From contig JAJVHV010000030.1 of assembly GCA_022072445.1 (NCBI GenBank), positions 5,971 through 69,970 on the forward strand: a DNA stretch of 64,000 bases, written 5' to 3'. Shown here in pieces: positions 58,208 to 64,000 of this stretch (positions within the stretch are counted from its first letter, which is position 1; every line of letters begins with the position of its first letter). The DNA comes from Phycisphaerae bacterium (lineage in GTDB: Bacteria; Planctomycetota; Phycisphaerae; UBA1845; Fen-1342). The notes under the pieces were generated by a model. That model worked only from the letters and a program-made list of their open reading frames with translations. It did no database searches and was not told the origin of the DNA. A program made the position numbers and the translations under genes.

Positions 58208-58504
58208 ATGCACGGCCAAGGCGTCATTGTCCTCTGGGTTTTCGGCCTGCTGTTCGTCGGCGTCATCGGCATCGCCATGCTGGTGCTTGTCGCCGTTCTG
58301 CGCGCCGGCGGCAGGATTTTCCGGCACGTCGGTTTGGCCATGGGCGAGACCGGCGGCCGCGGGTCGGCCCCCTCGGGTGCCGCGGGCCGGCCGCGCTTCT
58401 GCACGCGGCGCGGCTGCCTGCATCCCAACCGCGGCGCGGCCCGCTTCTGCGCCCGCTGTGGTCAGGCGCTCGGCGGCGGGTACGATACGGAACTGTATGG
58501 ATGA
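58208..58504 (+). CDS. small TM protein with cytoplasmic Zn ribbon
   Basis: VIVLWVFGLLFVGVIGIAMLVLVAVL helix, then CTRRGCLHPNRGAARFCARCG. The 3' end overlaps the next gene by 8 nt. Confidence 0.6.
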   Translation: MHGQGVIVLWVFGLLFVGVIGIAMLVLVAVLRAGGRIFRHVGLAMGETGGRGSAPSGAAGRPRFCTRRGCLHPNRGAARFCARCGQALGGGYDTELYG

Positions 58505-59969
58505 GATCGCGCGACAGCGGCAGTTTGAGGAGCAGTTCCTCCAGCAGATCCGCGCCAAGGCCGCCGGCCTGACGCGCGGCACCCTGCCCGCCGACCGCGT
58601 CGTCGTCGAAAAGGTGCCCGACGGCATCGACGGCGTGCGGGCCACGCTGAGCCGCCTGGAGGTCTTCGATCACGAGCTGCTGCACCGCATGCCGGGCACG
58701 CAGGCCTGCCAGCTCAAGTTCACACGCTCGATGCTCGGCGGCCTGATGGAGCGGACCGTCTCGCGGCTGCGGGCCGTCGTGCTCGCGCCGGTCGCCGCGC
58801 TGGCCACCGGTCAGGCGCCCGGACCGGTGACCCGCGAGGACGTGCTCAACGCGCTGGCTCGCTACGACCTGATGCCGCGCGGCATGAGACCCACCGGCGT
58901 GGTCTTCGCCGCGCCCACCGGCTTCAGCGACAGCGCCCGCTCGCTGGTGAACGGGCCCGGTTCGCCTACGGTGATTCTGATGGGCGGCCGGGCCGACGGC
59001 GGCTGGGACGTGAGCATGTCCGATGCGGTCGCGAAGAGTCCCTGGGGCAAGCTCTTCGAGCTCGAAACGCAGGACGAGCTGGTCAAGCGCCTCGCGCATC
59101 ATCTCGACGAGTCCGCCGACCTCGTCGATTCTCGCGGACTGTCGATCGAGGAGCTGAGCGAGAAACTCGGCGTGGACCGCGACAAGACCGAGACCCTGGT
59201 GCGCAAACTGGCCCGCACCGACCCGCGCATCATGACCGTCGCCCACGACGGCCGAACGCACGTGTGCCGTACACCCTTCGCCGAGGAGGGCTCTTCCATG
59301 AGTCTCTGGAGCCGAGTTCGCAGACTGCTGCGGCTGAAGCCGACCGTCGCCGAGCAGGTGCGCGAGATGACCGCGCAGCGCGTCAAGCTGGAGCAGCAGC
59401 GCTTCGAGATCGACCGCGCGGTCAACAAGCTCCAGGACGAAGAGGTGCGCATCGTCAAGAGCGGGGCCGCCGCCACCACCGACGTCGAAAAACGCCAGCT
59501 TGCCAGCAAGCTCGTGCGCCTGCGGCGCGACCTGGGCCGGCAAAAGGCCCAGGCCGACGTGCTCACCAAACAGATCGACATCATCGGCACGCACCTGCAC
59601 CATCTGACGCTGGCCGAGCGCGGGCGCCGCATGGAACTGCCCAAGGCCGAGGAGCTGACGCGCGAGGCGGCCCAGGCCGAACAGGTCATGGCCGATCTCT
59701 CGGCCAACGCCGAACTGGCCGTGGGCATCGAAGTTGGCGGCGGGGCGCAGGCCGTGTCGGATGAGGAAGCGGCGATCCTCGAAGAATTCGCGGCGGCGGC
59801 GGGGACGACGCCGGTGAAGGAAACGCCCGCGGCGGCGCCGGCGGCGGGCGAATCGGGACGGGTGGCGGATGCCGGCCGGTCAGGCCCGGTCCGCGCACCC
59901 AGCGCAGCGCCGCCGGTGCCTGGTGCGGCGGCGTCGAAGCGTGAGTCGGCGAAGCCGGAGATGGGGTAG
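58497..59969 (+). CDS. fusion protein: unknown N-terminal domain + wHTH-like segment + C-terminal ESCRT-III/Snf7-like coiled coil
   Basis: ORF 58227..59969; start ATG 58497 (MDEIARQRQFEE). C-terminal half SLWSRVRRLLRLKPTVAEQVREMTAQRVKLEQQRFEIDRAVNKLQDEE..LVRLRRDLGRQKAQADVL is paralogous to 60721..61326. Confidence 0.65.
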   Translation: MDEIARQRQFEEQFLQQIRAKAAGLTRGTLPADRVVVEKVPDGIDGVRATLSRLEVFDHELLHRMPGTQACQLKFTRSMLGGLMERTVSRLRAVVLAPVAALATGQAPGPVTREDVLNALARYDLMPRGMRPTGVVFAAPTGFSDSARSLVNGPGSPTVILMGGRADGGWDVSMSDAVAKSPWGKLFELETQDELVKRLAHHLDESADLVDSRGLSIEELSEKLGVDRDKTETLVRKLARTDPRIMTVAHDGRTHVCRTPFAEEGSSMSLWSRVRRLLRLKPTVAEQVREMTAQRVKLEQQRFEIDRAVNKLQDEEVRIVKSGAAATTDVEKRQLASKLVRLRRDLGRQKAQADVLTKQIDIIGTHLHHLTLAERGRRMELPKAEELTREAAQAEQVMADLSANAELAVGIEVGGGAQAVSDEEAAILEEFAAAAGTTPVKETPAAAPAAGESGRVADAGRSGPVRAPSAAPPVPGAAASKRESAKPEMG

Positions 59970-59985
59970 AGGGTTTGCAGAGGCG

Positions 59986-60351
59986 ATGGACATGGCAAGT
60001 GCGCTGCCCACAGAGCTGCTGTTGCGTAAGCCCGTCGGCGAAGAAACTCTGCGTGAGCTTGTTCGCCGCATCGCCCAGCTTCGTAGCGACGCTTGCATCA
60101 TTCTGTTTGGGTCGCGGGCGCGCGGGGACGCACGGCCGGGGAGCGATCTTGATCTGATGGTTATCACGCAGGCGGATCGGAGTCCGCTGGCGATCGCGGG
60201 CGATCTCTACGCGGCACTGGCGGACCGTGATTTCGGGTTAGATATCGTCGTCATGCCGCGCGACCGCGTGCGGCGGGCACGAGACGGGTTCGATCCTTTT
60301 CTGAACGAGGTGCTCGCACAAGGCAGAGTCCTGCATGGCCGACTGCATTGA
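59986..60351 (+). CDS. minimal nucleotidyltransferase (MNT/MntA-type antitoxin), pair 1
   Basis: ORF 59869..60351; start ATG 59986. ILFGSRARGDARPGSDLDLMV (GSxxxGxxxxxSDxDL). Confidence 0.85.
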   Translation: MDMASALPTELLLRKPVGEETLRELVRRIAQLRSDACIILFGSRARGDARPGSDLDLMVITQADRSPLAIAGDLYAALADRDFGLDIVVMPRDRVRRARDGFDPFLNEVLAQGRVLHGRLH

Positions 60352-60724
60352 CTTTGAAGACTGGCTGGCCAAAGCGGAGGGAGATCGAGAAGGCGCCATG
60401 CTGCTGATGCGCGAATTCAGCAAATCTATCGCCGGCCTGATTGCCTTTTTGTGTCAGCAGTCGGTGGAGAAGTACCTCAAGGCGCTCCTGGTGCGTCAAC
60501 GAGTCTCTTTTCCTCGTACGCATGACCTGGCGGCGCTTGCGGCAGGCAGCTATCCGGACATCGCTCGAATTCAGCCATCGCTCGCGCGACTTCAGCCGTA
60601 TGCGGTTAATGTGCGATACCCTGGATTTGATCCGGAGCGCCCCGAATGCGAAGAGGCGATCGGCCATCTGGAACGAGTCCGGTCACATTGCCGCGAGCTG
60701 CTCGAATTGGGTGAGTGCGAATGA
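60335..60724 (+). CDS. HEPN-domain protein (HepT-type toxin), pair 1
   Basis: Overlaps the MNT gene by 17 nt. QQSVEKYLKALL..FPRTHDLAAL..AVNVRYP HEPN pattern. Confidence 0.85.
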   Translation: MADCIDFEDWLAKAEGDREGAMLLMREFSKSIAGLIAFLCQQSVEKYLKALLVRQRVSFPRTHDLAALAAGSYPDIARIQPSLARLQPYAVNVRYPGFDPERPECEEAIGHLERVRSHCRELLELGECE

Positions 60725-61326
60725 ACTTCTTCACCTGGCTGACGACCAAACGCAAGACGCTCGCGACGATGAGCGCCGCCGAGCTGCGCGCCCAGGAGAT
60801 GATGCTCGAGAACGAGCGCGACCGCATGCTGAAGCGCATGGAGAAGCTGGCCGGCGAGAAGCACCAGGTGATCGAGCGCGGCGCGAAGGAACGCACGCCC
60901 GAGCTGCGTAAGACCTACGCGCAGCAGTTCGACCTGCTGCACACCGAGCAGATGATGCTCAGCCGGCACCTGAACATCCGCAGCAAGGAGCTGCTGACCG
61001 TCTCGCGGCTGCGCATGCTGCGCGAGACGGCCCAGCGGGCCGGCACCGGCATGGGTGCGTTCGGCACGATTCGCGAAAAGGATCTGGCGGTGATCGAGGC
61101 CCTGATCGAGAACGACAAGGTCACCACCGACATGTACCAGGAGCGGCTCGACGCGATCCTGCAGATCGGCGCGGCGGCGGACGAGGAGGCGACCGGCCTT
61201 TCGGCGGCGGCGGGCGAGCTGCTCAAGGTCTGGAACGACATGGACGCCGGGCTGATCTCCAACACGGCCGAAGCGTTCGACGAGGCGGAGAAGCGGGTGC
61301 GTGAGAGAAACAGAGCAGCGGAGTAG
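60721..61326 (+). CDS. ESCRT-III/Snf7-like coiled-coil protein (paralogue 2)
   Basis: ORF 60715..61326. ATG 60721 forms an ATGA overlap with the HEPN stop. The ~200-aa helical protein has a basic N-terminus, long heptad hairpin pattern and acidic C-terminal part. The family call is by eye only. Confidence 0.55.
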   Translation: MNFFTWLTTKRKTLATMSAAELRAQEMMLENERDRMLKRMEKLAGEKHQVIERGAKERTPELRKTYAQQFDLLHTEQMMLSRHLNIRSKELLTVSRLRMLRETAQRAGTGMGAFGTIREKDLAVIEALIENDKVTTDMYQERLDAILQIGAAADEEATGLSAAAGELLKVWNDMDAGLISNTAEAFDEAEKRVRERNRAAE

Positions 61327-61332
61327 CCTCAT

Positions 61333-61701
61333 ATGCAACGACGCCCGAACCAGCGCGAAAACCGCGAGGCGCTCCGCGGCCCGATTGACAATCGCGTCAT
61401 TGGACAAATCGTAGACCGCTTGTCCAAGCGGTTGCCGGACTGCTGCATTGTGCTTTTCGGCTCCCGGGCCTACGGAACGCCGACCAGCCAGAGTGACGTT
61501 GATCTGCTGGTGGTGGCCCCGTCGCAACGTGACCCGTACGTGCTCTGCGGCGAACTACATCGCGAACTCAGTCCACGGGATTTCTCCGTTGATCTACTGG
61601 TCATGACGCCCGAGACTTTTCGTCAGCGCCGCTCACGGTTTGATCCGTTTTTTGCAGAACTCACCTCAAAGGGCCGCGTCCTGCATGGTCATCTCCCCTG
61701 A
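61333..61701 (+). CDS. minimal nucleotidyltransferase (MNT), pair 2
   Basis: VLFGSRAYGTPTSQSDVDLLVV. Paralogous to pair 1 through the C-terminal KGRVLHG. Confidence 0.85.
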   Translation: MQRRPNQRENREALRGPIDNRVIGQIVDRLSKRLPDCCIVLFGSRAYGTPTSQSDVDLLVVAPSQRDPYVLCGELHRELSPRDFSVDLLVMTPETFRQRRSRFDPFFAELTSKGRVLHGHLP

Positions 61702-62071
61702 TGCGGCGGAATGGGTCGATCGCGCCGAAGGGGACGTGCGCGCGCTTCGGAAGCTCGACCCAGTCGAGGATCGTGTCGTCGTGGCGTTTCTCGCTCAGCA
61801 GGCCGCGGAGAAGTACCTGAAGGCCACTCTGGTCAACAGCCGGATATGCTTTCCAAAACCACACGACTTGGTCGCGCTCGTCTCCCTGTGTCGGCAGATC
61901 AGTGATGAATTCGAGTCGTTGGTGGGCGCTGCCGCCGTGTTGCAGCCCTTTGCGGTGGACGTGCGATATCCCGGACCCGCCCCCGGAGAGGCCGCCGTGC
62001 GGGCGGCGATTGAGAATATGGACGTGATCCGAACCTTTTGCCGCGAGAGGCTTGCGCTGCAAGCGCCCTGA
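61685..62071 (+). CDS. HEPN-domain protein, pair 2
   Basis: ORF 61640..62071; start ATG 61685 gives a 17-nt overlap with the MNT gene. QQAAEKYLKATL..FPKPHDLVAL..AVDVRYP. Confidence 0.85.
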   Translation: MVISPDAAEWVDRAEGDVRALRKLDPVEDRVVVAFLAQQAAEKYLKATLVNSRICFPKPHDLVALVSLCRQISDEFESLVGAAAVLQPFAVDVRYPGPAPGEAAVRAAIENMDVIRTFCRERLALQAP

Positions 62072-62095
62072 ACGGCGATCACGCGGAGATGTACG

Positions 62096-62713
62096 ATGGC
62101 CCTATTCAAGTCAAAAGAAGAGCGCCGCATCGAGCAGGACATCAAGATCCGCCAGGGCATCCGCCGGATCGAGAAGTCCATCAGCGAGCAGAGCAAGTTC
62201 ACCGACGAGTTCGTGAAGAACGCCCGGCATGCGAAACAGATCGGCGACAACGGGCAGTATGTCTTCATCCGCAACTCGCTCAAGAAGACCGCCACCATCA
62301 AGAAGCTGCTCGAACGGCAGCTTCTGAGCGTCAAAAACGCGCTGCTGATCAAACGCCAGGCCGAGGCCTCGGCCGATTTCGCCAACGCCATGAGCCTGAT
62401 GGCCCGCGAAGTGGGCAAGCTCTACGGCGACACCGATCTCGTGAAGACGCAGACCGACTGGGAGAAGGCGCTGCTGCAGAGCCAGACGATGGAGGAGCGC
62501 ATGCAGATGTTCCTCGATTCGATCGAAAGCGGCGCCGCGGCCGACATCGCCGCCTCGCCGACGGCCGCCGAAGCGATCAGCGACGACGAGATCGACCGCA
62601 TGATCGCGGTTGAGGAGCAGGTGGAGAAGGCGAAGGAGACGCAGCAGATGTCGGCGCTGCGGGCGGAGCTGGCGGAGCTGAAGGGGGAGAGTAAGGATAA
62701 GGAGACGAAGTGA
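62096..62713 (+). CDS. ESCRT-III/Snf7-like coiled-coil protein (paralogue 3)
   Basis: GGAG 8 nt upstream of the ATG. MALFKSKEERRIEQDIKIRQGIRRIEKSI.., FANAMSLMAREVGKL, acidic ISDDEIDRMIAVEE, terminal amphipathic helix LRAELAELK. By eye it aligns along its length with CHMP2/Vps2-type proteins. Confidence 0.6.
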   Translation: MALFKSKEERRIEQDIKIRQGIRRIEKSISEQSKFTDEFVKNARHAKQIGDNGQYVFIRNSLKKTATIKKLLERQLLSVKNALLIKRQAEASADFANAMSLMAREVGKLYGDTDLVKTQTDWEKALLQSQTMEERMQMFLDSIESGAAADIAASPTAAEAISDDEIDRMIAVEEQVEKAKETQQMSALRAELAELKGESKDKETK

Positions 62714-62850
62714 GGGCGGGCGTCTCCATGACTCAGGGACAGCTTGAATCGTGGGATGTCGTCCGCGGGCAGGTCCCGATTCTGGAACCAGATGAAGAAA
62801 GAGGACAAGTACAACGCGATTCATGAGCCGGATGACGACACGCCAGACGA

Positions 62851-63549
62851 GTGAGAGCATTGCCGATTAAGCCGCAGAAGTGGTTAGAGATGCTTGCTGA
62901 GGACTTGGTGCGCGACATCACGTCCAACCACTCGTTGCGCAGGTACACGACAAACGCGGATCTGCTTGGGGCGTGGGCTGAAGCGTGCGTACGAAACCTG
63001 ATTGCTCGCATGGTTCATCCGCTGCGAGTCTCACGCGGTGCGATCGTTTACGAAGGCATTTGCCCGGACGAAGTCCCAGAGCTGGATGCCATCGTGTGGA
63101 CCGCCGCACCCGTGCCGGCGGTCTTCGATCTTGGCGACTTTGCAATAGTACCGCGCGGCTCGGCCGTTGCTTTTCTTGAAGTCAAGCGAAGCGCGTACAC
63201 CGGCGTAAGCGACCGGATGCGCAAGACGCTCAACGGTACTGAGTGTCTCATCACACATTGCGAGCAAGAAAAGGGAACGCGCTTGGACGGAGAGGCTCTG
63301 GGTGTCGTCTGCATGAAGAGAGAGGACCAGAAACTCGACCGCACACTCCAAAGGCTCATGGACGACCAGAAGGCTGTTCTGCTCCTTGAGGAGAAGAATG
63401 GGTCCTGGAGGGCCATGGCGAGGGACGTACTTCGGCTTGTGAACTTTCTCGCGGCGGTGCGGGTCCGTGCGTTCGTCCTTGCATCCCAGCTCGGCGTAAA
63501 CACCGAGATTCTGGCTCCGGTACTAGGTAGCGACGGGACAGCGTCATGA
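62851..63549 (+). CDS. PD-(D/E)xK nuclease-fold-like protein of unknown function
   Basis: GTG start (alternative ATG 62890). VPELDAIVW ... AVAFLEVKRS gives a D...E-x-K arrangement. The stop forms an ATGA overlap with the MNT pair 3 start. Confidence 0.5.
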   Translation: MRALPIKPQKWLEMLAEDLVRDITSNHSLRRYTTNADLLGAWAEACVRNLIARMVHPLRVSRGAIVYEGICPDEVPELDAIVWTAAPVPAVFDLGDFAIVPRGSAVAFLEVKRSAYTGVSDRMRKTLNGTECLITHCEQEKGTRLDGEALGVVCMKREDQKLDRTLQRLMDDQKAVLLLEEKNGSWRAMARDVLRLVNFLAAVRVRAFVLASQLGVNTEILAPVLGSDGTAS

Positions 63550-63887
63550 TCGGTATCTGCACGCCCGTTCGAGTCACCGACGAACGGATCGCCGAAGTCG
63601 TGCGCCGCCTGGTCGAGGCGTTGCATCCGCAGCGCATCTACCTCTTCGGCTCGCATGCCTACGGAACGCCTCACGCGGACAGCGACGTCGACCTCCTTGT
63701 GCTGGTTGATGACGCCGAGCTGACGCAGGACGATCATGACCAGCGCGGCTATCGCTCTCTGCGCGGGATGTTTCTACCCATCGAGCTGCACATTCGAGGT
63801 CGGCAGGCGTTCGAACGGCGCGCGGTCGCTCCTCACAGTTTCGAGAACGAGATCCTGCGAAAGGGCAAGCTGCTCTATGCCGCGTGA
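63546..63887 (+). CDS. minimal nucleotidyltransferase (MNT), pair 3
   Basis: YLFGSHAYGTPHADSDVDLLVLV. Confidence 0.85.
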   Translation: MIGICTPVRVTDERIAEVVRRLVEALHPQRIYLFGSHAYGTPHADSDVDLLVLVDDAELTQDDHDQRGYRSLRGMFLPIELHIRGRQAFERRAVAPHSFENEILRKGKLLYAA

Positions 63888-64000
63888 TCCCGCTCTCATA
63901 CGCGAGTGGCTGCAGAAGGCCCGAAACGACCTCGAGACCGCGCGGCGCGCGATGGCCGAGAAGCCCATTCTCGATACCGGGTGCTTTCATTGCCAGCAGG
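63877..64000 (+). CDS. HEPN-domain protein, pair 3 (5' part, truncated by the window end)
   Basis: ATG 63877 lies inside the MNT 3' end. MPRDPALIREWLQKARNDLETARRAM matches the N-termini of HEPN 1 and 2 (..DWLAKAEGD.., ..EWVDRAEGD..). Confidence 0.7.
   Translation, partial: MPRDPALIREWLQKARNDLETARRAMAEKPILDTGCFHCQQ

Overview
This is a visibly GC-rich bacterial chromosomal window. The Zn-ribbon membrane proteins, dockerin-like repeats, collagen-like protein and short dispersed repeats suggest a Planctomycetota/Phycisphaerae-like genome, but that is inference only. Most genes are housekeeping or envelope-related: CHASE2 cyclase, bcp-pyrF, cysC, three hsp20 genes, lepA, an S46 peptidase, a flotillin-like SPFH protein, kdsD, an infB-DUF503-rbfA operon, a GT4/GH57 glucan pair, a PAS/HD-GYP protein, metH and a class II aldolase. 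I recognised no rRNA, tRNA, CRISPR array, transposase or integrase. Many long Arg/Ala-rich ORFs in the track are antisense or out-of-frame shadows. Six things stand out. (1) At 57.1-64.0 kb a Ser/Thr kinase and a small TM Zn-ribbon protein precede three ESCRT-III/Snf7-like coiled-coil paralogues. These alternate with three MNT-HEPN toxin-antitoxin pairs and a PD-(D/E)xK-like gene, and a three-gene unit MNT-HEPN-Snf7-like occurs twice. (2) At 22.5-25.1 kb three genes are joined by ATGA overlaps: an ABC-type ATPase, a small DUF4276/Toprim-like protein and a Zn-ribbon SAM methyltransferase. This is a candidate defence-type module. (3) At 16.06-17.76 kb a 1.19-kb RHH/PIN toxin-antitoxin cassette lies between 252-bp direct repeats of the lepA 3' end. 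The repeats differ at only three positions, all synonymous. (4) metH carries four in-frame insertions built from dispersed short repeats, all at domain linkers or loops. (5) Bcp peroxiredoxin has a histone-H1-like Lys/Ala tail. (6) A lower-GC islet of orphan ORFs lies at 49.3-51.2 kb. All family assignments come from motif reading without database searches.
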